In this document: positions 9,967 through 19,721 of the stretch, one piece after another | Layout of the letters: each line of letters begins with the position of its first letter | How positions within the stretch are numbered: the first letter of the stretch is position 1 | Source of the DNA: Bryobacterales bacterium | GTDB taxonomy: Bacteria > Acidobacteriota > Terriglobia > Bryobacterales > UBA6623 | DNA length: 64,000 nt | Direction of reading: 5' to 3' | NCBI GenBank assembly: GCA_963422375.2 | Contig: OY729428.2 | Location: forward strand, 2,784,001 to 2,848,000 | Translations under genes and position numbers: made by a program | Notes under the pieces: model-generated | Told to the model about the DNA's origin: nothing | Seen by the model: the letters and a program-made list of their open reading frames with translations, nothing else | Database searches by the model: none

Positions 9967-11923
9967 CCCGCATTATTCACGAATGCGGCGCAGGCCCATG
10001 GTCCGGTTTCCGGACCCTCGATGGCCGCCCAATCTGCTTCCGAAACGCCTGCGGGCGGGGAATGCGGGGCTTGCGGGGCGTCTCGCGAGCGGCCTGCGGG
10101 CCGCGGACACCTCCTCGGCGGCACCCGCCCGGAGGGCAGGCACGGTTTCCCCCGGCGGCGCCCGGCGCCTGCCGACACTCTCCGGATTGACCCGGCCCGG
10201 CGTCATATCGGCACGGCCCCCAAGCCCCGCGCCACCACCACCCGGGCGTCCCGGAACGGTGCCGTCCGCGGCACTCGCAGCACGATCCGCTTCGCCGTGG
10301 CCGCGACCCGCGCTCCCGGCTTCGGCAGGCCGAGGCGCAACCCGTCCGCCCGGCGCTTCCGCAGCGGCGTGTCCCGCGCCTGCCAGCGCAGTTCCTGCAT
10401 GATCACGCAGGCCGCCGCCGCGAGCGGCACGCGGAACCGGTTCGCCGCGAAGCTCGAGCAGCTGGCGCGGTCCATCCGCATCCCGTGCTCGAGCTCCTTG
10501 ACGCGGTTCTCCACGTCCCCGCGCAGGCAGTGGATCCGCTCGCAGAGGCGCTGCGGGCTGCCGCCCGCGTTGGTCACCGCGTAGCGCGGGTTCCACTGCG
10601 GGGCGCGCCCGGGAAACTCGCTCGCGTCCGCCTTGACGATCACCCGCCGCGCCCGCGACCGGCGGCCCGCCCGCTAGACGAACTGCCCGTGCAGCGGGCC
10701 CGGGTTCTTGCCCGCGTCCTCCGCGCCCGGCCGGCCCCCCTGCGTGCCGGCTCCCAGCCGCGCGTACTTCGCCCGCAACTGCTCCAGCCGGGACGGCGGG
10801 TCCCCCGCGGCCGCCGCTGCCCCGCCGGGGTCCGTGCCCGGGGTGCCGCCGGGCGTGCGCCGCGCCTCGACGGCCGCCCGCAACGGGGCCGCGCGCCGCT
10901 CCGGCACCGCGTTCTTCTGCAGGCACGCCACGTACTCCAGGCCCTCGCGCTCGCCATAGGCCGGCAGCTCGTCCCCTTGGAAGCCCGCGTCCAGGCGCAG
11001 GCGCAGCGTCGCCCGCGCGAAGAATTCCCGCAGCAGCGGCAGCAAGCGCTCCAGCAGCGGCAGCAAGCCCTCCGCGGCCGCCGCCGTGCCCGAGCGCAGC
11101 AGCGCCGCCACGAGATGCCGCTCGCGCTCGTCGTCGAAGCGCACCGCGCCCACCAGCGGCAAGTAGCAATGCGTGTCGCAGGAGCCGTTGAACAGCGCCA
11201 GCTGCCGGCCCCCGTGCGTCGGCTCGCAGGCCGGGTCGAAGTCCAGCTCGGCGATCCTCGTCTCGGGGCGCCGGTCGTGCCGGCGCCGCACGACGCAGCG
11301 GGCCGGCACCGCGGACAGCGCGCTCGGCGCGTCCGCGGTGCCGGCGTTCTCGAAGCGCGACAGGGTGGGCCGGGACGGCAGGTCGCGACCCTGCCAGGGG
11401 TCGCGCCCGAGCGGCAGCTTGAACACGGGGTCGCCGCCGAGGCGCCCGGCGTCGTGGCAGTCCTCCTAGCCGCGGGCGAGGCCGTGGATGCGCTGGCGGA
11501 GCATGTCCGCGAGGGAGTGGAGCACCTTGGAGTCCTTGGAGGGCTGGCGCCGGTCGCGCAGGCAGTCGGCGAACGCCGCGGTGAGGCCGGGAGCGCGGTC
11601 GGCGGCCTCGACCGGGACAGCGCCGCCGTCGGAGCTGCTGCGCTCGTGATCGCAGCGGACGGCGACGGGGCGACGGCGCGGATTGCGGAACGGAACGCCT
11701 TGGGAGCCTGCGGATGCGACCATGCATTCATTATAACCTACCGGATGAAAACCATTTCAGCGTATAAACTTGGATCTCGATCGGACCGGGCCGGGGCTGC
11801 CGCCGGGGATCGCAGGGCACTCCTAGGAGTGAGGGAGTGAGGATCGCGCTGGACCGGGGGCCCTCACGGCCCGGGCGGAGGGACCGGACTATGGCCCTCC
11901 GGGCTACTCATGAATTATCCGGG
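9967..11923 (-). mobile_element. IS1380-family insertion sequence (defective)
   Basis: Imperfect TIRs CCCGCATTATTCACGA vs reverse complement CCCGGATAATTCATGA; flanked on both sides by CTAG (9963-9966, 11924-11927); IS1380 transposase remnants inside. Confidence 0.8.
10203..11731 (-). pseudogene. IS1380-family DDE transposase pseudogene
   Basis: SSDGG..LRDRRQ..HSLADMLRQRI, ED..D..DPVFK, SRPTLSRFEN, THGGRQLALFNG, RLDAGF, RGDVENRVKE; in-frame stop at 11466-11468 and a frameshift near 10670. Confidence 0.88.
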
Positions 11924-12534
11924 CTAGCAGTCGACTGCAAGATCGGCTTGGGGCGGGTCGGATTCCTCGCCCGCCAGCGGGGGGAATCGGAGTCCCTCGC
12001 GGTAGCGGGAGGAACCGCCCGATCGCATCAAGGTCGTACTATGTTGTTTCGTCGAGCGTCCGTTCGGCCGCTCGCTGCGCTCGTCGGATGGAAAGAGACG
12101 CCGTGGGCGGGGACAGCGCAGAGTCCGAACGCGCTGGCACTTGCCGAGGCCAGGCCGACACCGAGAAATTGTCAGGCGACATGCACGCATCGCTAATCGC
12201 GGCATCGAACGCCCCGTCCCGCTTCCGTTGGCGGGTCCGGGCAGCGAGGTTGCTGCAGCGGCAGTCGCGCGAGAGGCGCGCAGCCCTGCAGGCGAGCCCT
12301 CCCGCAAGGGGACGGGAAGCCGAGTCGCCTGCGATTCGGCAGTTCCGGGCTCGGGTAACGCAGAGTCCGCCGACGCGGCTCGAGACGAGCGGCGACCGGT
12401 CCTCGAGAGAGCGCACCGAGCCCGCGGGCAGCGATCCGAGAAGTTGCTCCGGATGGTTGGCGGGCCAGCCGGAGAGACACCCGGAGCGCATCGCTGCCGG
12501 CACGCAGCGACCCGAGCGCCGCCGTTCCGGACAG

Positions 12535-13086
12535 ATGCTTGGCTCTGCCTGGGCCTGGCTTGCGCTGTGGGACTGGAACCAGGTCTCGTGGTGGATTCTG
12601 GCCGCGCTCGTGCTGGGCGGTGTCGCTTGCCTGTTAGCCCTGCTGCGCCCCGGGGAGCGACGAGGCCGGCCCTCAGAAGTGCAGGGCGCGCCTCGGCAAC
12701 CCGGCTGGCCGCAGTCCGAAGAGCCCGACGGCCTCGATGCCGGCAGATCGGTGCCCCACCGAATGGGATCGAGATCATCGGTCGGCGCCTTGGTGGCCGA
12801 AGCGCGCTCCAATGCGATCCCATTGGACCCGGCCGTGCTCTCCTCCGCCGAGGGACTAGTTATCGGGCGGGCACGGTCCGTGTGCCACGTTGAGATCTGG
12901 GACGCCCAAGTGTCGCGCCGTCACGCTAGGCTGCGGCTGGTCAACGGCTCTGTCATGATCGAAGATCTCAATTCGACGGCAGGCACGCGAGTCGCCGGAC
13001 GTCGACTCGAGCCGTTCCGACCGGTCGCCCTCCAGCCGGGAGAGCCTGTGCAAATCGGGGACTCCCTGTTTCGCTTCGAAGCTTGA
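12535..13086 (+). CDS. Membrane-anchored FHA domain protein (start uncertain; ORF open from 12088)
   Basis: TM WWILAALVLGGVACLLAL; FHA VIGRA..VSRRHARL..EDLNSTAGT. Confidence 0.7.
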   Translation: MLGSAWAWLALWDWNQVSWWILAALVLGGVACLLALLRPGERRGRPSEVQGAPRQPGWPQSEEPDGLDAGRSVPHRMGSRSSVGALVAEARSNAIPLDPAVLSSAEGLVIGRARSVCHVEIWDAQVSRRHARLRLVNGSVMIEDLNSTAGTRVAGRRLEPFRPVALQPGEPVQIGDSLFRFEA

Positions 13087-13355
13087 CAGCCCGACGGCAA
13101 CCCGGGCGTGCTGGGTACGCAACCGCCGTGCTCGCGCGCAATCACTCCACAGCGCACCGCGAGAGACGAGGGACACGCTCTCATTGGGCGCGACGGCCGG
13201 GCGATGGCCGCCGCACGGGCCGCTACCGGAATCTCTGCGACGAAGCAATCAGCGGGAGCGCCGAATTGCCAGACATTCAGCGCTCCGCACGCGACAACCT
13301 GCGTCAGACCTTGCTTCCACCGGGGGATTGGCGAGTCCGCCCAGCTGCGCCAAGG

Positions 13356-14006
13356 CTACCGGCGAGGCTCCAACGCCACCTCCACCTGTGGAGTGTCCCG
13401 GCGCGAGGCTAGGAGCCTTTGCCCGAAGTCGTCCAGCTTGGCGCTGAGATCCTTGAACCCGTCCGTCATCCGCTCGTCCATGCGGTCCATCCGGGCTGTA
13501 TGGCGCTCGTCCATCCGGTCCATGCTGTCCTCGACGCGATCAATCCGCTCCCCGAAGTGACGAACGTTGTCCTCTAGGCTGCCGACGCCCCGCTCTAGGC
13601 TGCCGACACGGACTTCGACGGCCTCGATGCGGGAGCCTAGGTTCGCTTCCGTCCGATCGATGCGAGCGGTCACCCGCTCTTCGGACGACTCAATTGACGA
13701 GTCGATTCGCTCGACCAGCCGCGCCTCTGACTTCTCGATCTGGGCGAGCAGCTCCGCGAACTGGTCGTTGCGGAGGCTCGAGAACCCGACGTAGAGACCT
13801 CCGGCGGCGACCAGCAGCATGAGCACTTCCCTTCCGCTAGGGGTCATGTGCCACCACTTCCCGCCGTGCGCCGGGCTCGCTACCGAGCCGTCCCTCGCCA
13901 TGCTATCACGTTGCATCATGCGCTGTACCTCCTCAAGTCGCACTGTCTGAGTGTTCGGGCTGTCGAACCCTCCTCCCGATCTGGACGCATGCATAGGATG
14001 CACCAT
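13356..14006 (-). CDS. Hypothetical TM plus coiled-coil heptad-repeat protein
   Basis: Hydrophobic segment LMLLVAAGGLYVGF followed by heptad repeats (VGSLERG VGSLEDN, MDRMDER twice); true start uncertain. Confidence 0.55.
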   Translation of the reverse strand: MVHPMHASRSGGGFDSPNTQTVRLEEVQRMMQRDSMARDGSVASPAHGGKWWHMTPSGREVLMLLVAAGGLYVGFSSLRNDQFAELLAQIEKSEARLVERIDSSIESSEERVTARIDRTEANLGSRIEAVEVRVGSLERGVGSLEDNVRHFGERIDRVEDSMDRMDERHTARMDRMDERMTDGFKDLSAKLDDFGQRLLASRRDTPQVEVALEPRR

Positions 14007-14743
14007 CCTATTCGTTTGATATTCTTGTCCTACACGTTTTCAGTCGAACTGTCAAGGATGAACAAGAAGGATCTGTCCCAAGCATCGACTCCGTGCTAGC
14101 GGCCGACCCGCCGGGCCAAGCTCCAGTCGGGACGCTTGCTGTCCGCTCGGTACGACCCGCTGGAGCGCCGCAACCATCCGATGAGCCTTTCGCGCGCGGT
14201 GGCGGCGGCTTGGAACGGGGCGGCGACAACGGCTCAAATCCGGGGCCGGATCGAAGGAAAACGAGCTGTGGCGCCCGACCGCCTAGCGCGGGCGCGGAGC
14301 CATCCGCAATCGCGGCCCCCGCAGCCTGCGGGCCTGCCCGGTCGATCGTGTCATCAACGGCGAGCCAGCAGTCGCTACCGGGGGCGAGCGGCCGCGAGCG
14401 ATGCCGGGCCTCTCGGGACGCCGTTCGCGTCGACTCCGACGGGTTGGACGCGGTCACCCGAATCAAGTGCCGTGATAGCAAGGTTCGCGCCCTCCGACGG
14501 CCCTGCCGGATGCTCCCCTTGTCTAGACTGCCTGCTAGCTCTTGCTTGGCTCCTCAGCCGGACCGAGACCGAGCCTTCCGTCCGGCATTCGGTTCCCGCC
14601 AAGGACCGGAGGCCACGGTGGGAATCGGTCGACTGAGTCCGTCGCCAAGCGCTTGCGGCTGGGCGTGCCGAGGCGACTAGCGGTTGCGGAATCCCGACGG
14701 AAACCCTCGGAAACCCTCGGAGTTTGGCTAAACTGGCCGCAGA

Positions 14744-16819
14744 GTGCCAGTCCGGTCCGAGTTTCCGAGCGGCCCGGAGAATTCCGATGGCAGCGCCGAG
14801 CGACGCGACGCCCTGAAGCCGGGCACCCGTCTCGAGGGCTACGAGGTCGAAGAGACCATAGGCTCGGGCGGATTCGGGATCGTCTACCGAGCGCGCCACG
14901 AAGCGCTCGCCAGCGTGGTCGCCATCAAGGAGTATATCCCGGCCGAGCTCGCGGTTCGCGAGGGTGACGCGGTGCGCCCGCGCAGCGAGGACTGCACGGG
15001 GCCCTTTGCGGAAGGAATGCGCCGGTTCGAGGACGAGGCTAAGAGACTTGACGAACTCAAGCGCCACCCCGCAATCGTCGGATGCCGGGGGTTCTTCAAG
15101 TCCAACGGCACGGCCTACCTGGTAATGGATTACGTGGACGGCAAGCCCCTGTCGCTACTGCTGCGGGACCGGGAAAAGGCGGGCCAGCCGTTTACGTACG
15201 AGGACTTGCTTGCGGTGATGGAGCCGCTGCTGGATGGCGTGGCGTGGCTGCACGGGGCCGACATGCTGCACCGAGACATCAAGCCCTCCAACATCCTGAT
15301 CCGGCGATCGGACGAGCAGCCGGTACTCATCGACTTCGGCGCCGCCAAGCAAGGCGTGGCCGAGCGGACCAACTCCAGCGCCCCTTTCACCGAGGGATAC
15401 GCAGCGCCGGAGCAGATGGCCGACGGGTGCCTCAGGCCGTGGACCGACATCTACGGGCTGGGGGCCACGATGTGGCGCATGGTCGCCGGCGCGAATGTCG
15501 GCCCCGACGAGGAGCGACCGCGACCGGCGAGCGCCGACAAGAGGCAGTACGCAGTTTTTCGCGGCCAGAGCGACCCGCTCCGCTCGGCTCGCTGGCTCGG
15601 CGCAGGGAAGTTCCCCCCGCACGTCCTGAACGCCATCGACCGATGCATGACCCTCGACGAGTCACGGCGCTGGAGCAACTGTTCCGCCCTCGGGAGGGAA
15701 CTGGCCGGACGCGGAGTGCCGGTCGTCGAGCGCGAACGTCAAGCGCCCCGACCGCCCCCCGTGCGTCCCGACGCGGCATCGGCGGCTAGGGGGCAGATAC
15801 TCGGCAGCGTGCTGAGCATCCTAGCGGCCGGCATCGCTGCCGGGGCCCTGCTGCTGGCGCTCCTTGACCTGACCATCGACCGAGAGCCCGGCGCGTCCGC
15901 TCCCCCGCCCGCATCCTTCCGGATCGAGGCGATCCCTCCCGATGCGAGCGTGGAGTTCGAGGGCGCGGACACTCCGTATCGCGCGGGCATGACACTCGAG
16001 GCCGGCACATACCAAGTCCGGGTGAGCGCGCCCGGGTACGAGCCCGACTCACGCGTGATCGCGCACGGCGAGGGCCCGACCAGCGAGAGAATCGAGCTCA
16101 AGAAAAGGGCCCTTGGCGCGCCCCGCCGGCCATCCCCGCAACAGCCCGCGAAGGGGCCGAAGACCTCCGCCGGGACGGAACGGGAGCCGAACAAGCGGAT
16201 CTACTCGTCCGCCGAGGTGACGCGGGTTCCGCGCGTGCGGCACCAAGTCGATGCCGACTACTCGGATATTGCACGCCGGGCCAGGCACCAAGGCACGGTT
16301 GTCCTGGCTATCGAAATCTGGCAAGACGGCTCCCCGCACAATGTTCGAGTGACTCGGAGCTTGGGCCTGGGCCTCGACGAGAAGGCGATCGAGGCCGTCC
16401 AAGCCTGGCGCTTCGATCCCGCCCTAAAGGACGGCGTCGCGGTGCGCTGCACTGCAGAAGTCGAGGTGAACTTCAGGCTCCCGCCCGCCGGCCCGGCAGG
16501 CGGGCAAGGCGGCGCCCAGACATCCGCGCCGGGACATCCACCGGTCCTCGGGGCCACGCCGCCCGAGCTGCTATCCAAGGTCGAGCCCGCGTACACCGAC
16601 CAGGCGAAGACAGCGCAACTTCAAGGGACGGTGATCCTGGAATTCGAGGTCTGGGAGGACGGGGAGGCGCACAGCATCCGCGTCGCGGAGGGCCTGGGCA
16701 TGGGGCTGGACGAGAACGCGATCGAAGCAGTCGGCCAGTGGAAGTTCGCGCCGGCTACAAAGGACGGCGTACCGGTGAGGGTGGCAGCCAAGGCGATGGT
16801 CAGCTTCCGCCTGCTTTAG
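14744..16819 (+). CDS. Ser/Thr protein kinase, TM, PEGA-like domain, two TonB C-terminal domains
   Basis: GSGGFGIVY, AIKEY, HRDIKPSN, DFGAAK, YAAPEQ; TM; two copies of Y(S/T)..A+.A..QGTV.L..E.W.DG....+V...LG.GLDE.AIEAV..W.F.PA.KDG. Confidence 0.9.
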   Translation: MPVRSEFPSGPENSDGSAERRDALKPGTRLEGYEVEETIGSGGFGIVYRARHEALASVVAIKEYIPAELAVREGDAVRPRSEDCTGPFAEGMRRFEDEAKRLDELKRHPAIVGCRGFFKSNGTAYLVMDYVDGKPLSLLLRDREKAGQPFTYEDLLAVMEPLLDGVAWLHGADMLHRDIKPSNILIRRSDEQPVLIDFGAAKQGVAERTNSSAPFTEGYAAPEQMADGCLRPWTDIYGLGATMWRMVAGANVGPDEERPRPASADKRQYAVFRGQSDPLRSARWLGAGKFPPHVLNAIDRCMTLDESRRWSNCSALGRELAGRGVPVVERERQAPRPPPVRPDAASAARGQILGSVLSILAAGIAAGALLLALLDLTIDREPGASAPPPASFRIEAIPPDASVEFEGADTPYRAGMTLEAGTYQVRVSAPGYEPDSRVIAHGEGPTSERIELKKRALGAPRRPSPQQPAKGPKTSAGTEREPNKRIYSSAEVTRVPRVRHQVDADYSDIARRARHQGTVVLAIEIWQDGSPHNVRVTRSLGLGLDEKAIEAVQAWRFDPALKDGVAVRCTAEVEVNFRLPPAGPAGGQGGAQTSAPGHPPVLGATPPELLSKVEPAYTDQAKTAQLQGTVILEFEVWEDGEAHSIRVAEGLGMGLDENAIEAVGQWKFAPATKDGVPVRVAAKAMVSFRLL

Positions 16820-16886
16820 CGGCTCCGCCGCTCGGACGGCCGAAGCAACCGATTCCCGATGAGAGGCGGCCGGCCGAGCTCTCGGA

Positions 16887-17945
16887 TCACTCCGAGGGCT
16901 GGCTGCCCACGCTCGGCGGGAAGTACCCGCGCCGGTGGTAAACCTCCACGTCCGCGCCGGCCAGTCCGAGCTCCACTTGGATCATGCGGAACTGCCGGTC
17001 CGCGAACGGCCGGCTGGGAACGTAGCCTAGGATGTACTGGCTCTGCACGTTGCCGGCCACGTCGATTATGGCCTCGTACAGCGCCTGCAGCTGCGCCGCG
17101 GCGTAGCCGCCCGTACCGACCTCGTACTGGTAGTTTCCGGCGTCCTGGGGCTTGGAGAGATACCCCGCCACGTCCTTGTGAACCTTCTGCATCGGCCGCA
17201 CGACGCGCCCGCCGGTCTCCCGGGCCATCCGGACCAGGTTGGATTCCTCCTCCTGGTGATAGCCCCAGCCAACGGTGCTCACCGCGTAGATCGTGACCTG
17301 ATGCATCTGCGCCGCGTGGACCACTTCGTCGATCGAGCGCTTGCTGGCGTTGTCGTGGCCGTCGCCGATCACGATGATCGCCTTGCGCGGCTCGCTCGCG
17401 CCCTGGTACGGGATCGACACCAGCTTCTCCGTGCAGGCCTGGTAGATCGCGTCGAACATCGCGCTGCCGCCTCCATGCTTGAGGCTCTCCATGCTCTCGG
17501 TAAGGATGACCGGATCGTCGGTGAAGTCCACCAGCTCGTCCACTTCGGTGTGGTAGCCGAGCAGAAAGCCCTTGTTCCTGCCTCCCTCGGGCACGAGCAT
17601 CCACGCTAGATCCCCGATGGAGGACTGGTAGGTCTTGTAGTAGAGGCGCGCCGTGTTGCTGAGATCGATGATGAAGCCGGCATACAGAGGCGGCTTCTTG
17701 TCCTCCTCCACGCTTCGCGTGAAGTAGCGGATCTCTACGAGCTGCCCGTCCTCCCACACGGAGAAGTCGGACTTGGTCAGGTCCACGATGAAGCGGCCCT
17801 CCGAATCGGTGACGGTCACCGGCAGGTTGACGACGTTGACCTCGACGCGGATGGTGCCGTCCTGCTCGGATGCGACCTCCTGAGCCGGCGCCGCGACCGA
17901 GGCGCACAGCAGCGCGACCATGCCGAGACCCGGTCCACCCCTCAT
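16887..17945 (-). CDS. VWA domain protein (acidobacterial VWFA-related type), secreted
   Basis: Signal peptide; TIRVEVNVVNLPVTVTD..G.FI.DL...DF.V.EDG; DLSNT MIDAS-like; RKAIIVIGDG.DN.S; QYILGYVP; RRGYF. Confidence 0.85.
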   Translation of the reverse strand: MRGGPGLGMVALLCASVAAPAQEVASEQDGTIRVEVNVVNLPVTVTDSEGRFIVDLTKSDFSVWEDGQLVEIRYFTRSVEEDKKPPLYAGFIIDLSNTARLYYKTYQSSIGDLAWMLVPEGGRNKGFLLGYHTEVDELVDFTDDPVILTESMESLKHGGGSAMFDAIYQACTEKLVSIPYQGASEPRKAIIVIGDGHDNASKRSIDEVVHAAQMHQVTIYAVSTVGWGYHQEEESNLVRMARETGGRVVRPMQKVHKDVAGYLSKPQDAGNYQYEVGTGGYAAAQLQALYEAIIDVAGNVQSQYILGYVPSRPFADRQFRMIQVELGLAGADVEVYHRRGYFPPSVGSQPSE

Positions 17946-18061
17946 GACGCAAACATTCTAACCCACTCGGTCGAGACCCGCCGCCCGTCGGCGGGCAGTC
18001 CCAGTCCGCAGCTCTACCGGGAGCGTTGTACGATGAAGCCTAATTCTCTTGTTTCGGTGCG

Positions 18062-18898
18062 ATGCAGGAATTCCTGGATTGGGCTTCGCCCGGCAGCGAC
18101 GAGTGGTGCCTGGCGCGCCGACTGGCGCCGCACAGGCTGCCGCGCCACATCGCGGTCATCATGGACGGCAACGGGCGCTGGGCCCGCAAGCGCCTGCTGC
18201 CGCGGGCCGCGGGCCATAGGGCGGGCGTCAAGCCGGTGCGGGAGATCATCGAGGCCTGCTGCCGGCTCGGCATCGAGACGCTCACCCTGTACGCATTCTC
18301 GATGGAAAACTGGAAGCGCCCGAGGGCGGAGATCCAGATGCTGTGGGCTCTGCTGCGGCAGTACCTGCGCCAGGAGCTGCCGGAACTCAAGGCCAACGGC
18401 GTGCGCTTCCAGACGATCGGCCGCATCGACGCGCTGCCCAAGGAAGTCTGCGACGACATCGACAACGCGATCGTCGAGACCGCGGCCAATATGGGCATGC
18501 GGCTGAACGTCGCGCTGAACTACAGCGGGCGCGCGGAGATCGTCGACGTGGTGAACGACCTGCTGCGGCAGGCGCACCGGCGCAAGGAGCCGCTGCAGGT
18601 CGACGAGCGCGTCATCGGCGACCTGCTCTACACCGCCGAGATCGGAGATCCGGATCTGCTGATCCGCACCTCGGGCGAGTACCGCGTCAGCAATTTCCTG
18701 CTGTGGCAGATCGCCTACGCCGAGATCTGGGTCACGGATCGGTACTGGCCGGACTTCCGCACCACCGACCTGCTCGAGTCCCTGCTGGCCTACCAGAAGC
18801 GGAACCGCCGGTTCGGCGGCCTGCCCGACCAGCCTCCCGCGCGCGGCCGGGAGGCCGCGCCCGCGACCTGCGGCGAACTTGCGACGGCCCGCAAATGA
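18062..18898 (+). CDS. uppS: Undecaprenyl diphosphate synthase (isoprenyl transferase)
   Basis: HIAVIMDGNGRWA, YAFSMENWKRP, ALNYSGR, DLLIRTSGE.RVSNFLLWQ, RRFGG. Confidence 0.96.
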   Translation: MQEFLDWASPGSDEWCLARRLAPHRLPRHIAVIMDGNGRWARKRLLPRAAGHRAGVKPVREIIEACCRLGIETLTLYAFSMENWKRPRAEIQMLWALLRQYLRQELPELKANGVRFQTIGRIDALPKEVCDDIDNAIVETAANMGMRLNVALNYSGRAEIVDVVNDLLRQAHRRKEPLQVDERVIGDLLYTAEIGDPDLLIRTSGEYRVSNFLLWQIAYAEIWVTDRYWPDFRTTDLLESLLAYQKRNRRFGGLPDQPPARGREAAPATCGELATARK

Positions 18899-18908
18899 GG
18901 CCGGGCGC

Positions 18909-19685
18909 GTGAAGAGAGTCGTCACTGGCCTCGCGCTGGGGGCCGCGGCCTGGGCCTTCGTCTTCCTCACGCCGAAATGGGCCTTTTACCTGGTCACGGC
19001 GGGGCTGTCCGCCGCGGCGCTGCACGAATTCTTCGGGATCGCGTCCAAGTGCGGGGCCCTGCCGTTCCGGCTTGTCGGGCATGTCGCGGCGGCCATCTGG
19101 CTGCTCCTCCCGGACCTGGACCGCGCCAGCTTCACGCCGTTCCTGGCGATCATGCTGCTCTGCCTCGCGGCCTTCGCGAAGCGTCCGTTCGAGAGCGTCC
19201 TGCCCGCCGCTGCGGCCACGCTGGCCGGAGTCCTGTACGTCGCCGGACCGATGCACTGGGGCATCCGGCTGCACGACTTCTCCCCGCAATGGCTGTTCCT
19301 CGCGATGCTTGTCGTCGCCGTCGGCGACGTCGCCGCGTACGCCATCGGGAAGCGCTTCGGCCGGCGCAAGCTAGCCGCCCACACGAGCCCCGATAAGACC
19401 TGGGAGGGCACCGTCGCGTCGCTCGCGGCCAGCGTCGCCGTCGGCACGTGGTACGCGGTGACCTTCCTCGAGCCGGGCATCGGCGCGGCCGGCGCGGCCG
19501 CCCTGGCGGCGGCGGTCAACGTCGCCGGGCAGGTCGGCGATCTAGTCGAATCGGCCTTGAAGCGCGGGGCCGGCATCAAGGACAGCGGCTCGCTCCTGCC
19601 CGGGCACGGAGGCATCCTCGACCGGATCGACGGACTGCTGCTGGGCATCCCGGTCATGTACGCAGCTGCGCGGATCCTCGCCTGA
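18909..19685 (+). CDS. cdsA: Phosphatidate cytidylyltransferase
   Basis: Multi-TM; SPDKTWEG, GDLVESALKR..GIKDSG..LPGHGGILDRIDG; follows uppS. Confidence 0.95.
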   Translation: MKRVVTGLALGAAAWAFVFLTPKWAFYLVTAGLSAAALHEFFGIASKCGALPFRLVGHVAAAIWLLLPDLDRASFTPFLAIMLLCLAAFAKRPFESVLPAAAATLAGVLYVAGPMHWGIRLHDFSPQWLFLAMLVVAVGDVAAYAIGKRFGRRKLAAHTSPDKTWEGTVASLAASVAVGTWYAVTFLEPGIGAAGAAALAAAVNVAGQVGDLVESALKRGAGIKDSGSLLPGHGGILDRIDGLLLGIPVMYAAARILA

Positions 19686-19721
19686 GGGGCCGCGGCCCTG
19701 CCGCGCGGCCGCTTGCAGGGG

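Noticed and set aside
9973..11840. Long ORFs 9973-11727 (-) and 10485-11840 (+)
   Set aside because: Arg/Pro/Gly-rich alternative frames of the IS1380 transposase pseudogene.
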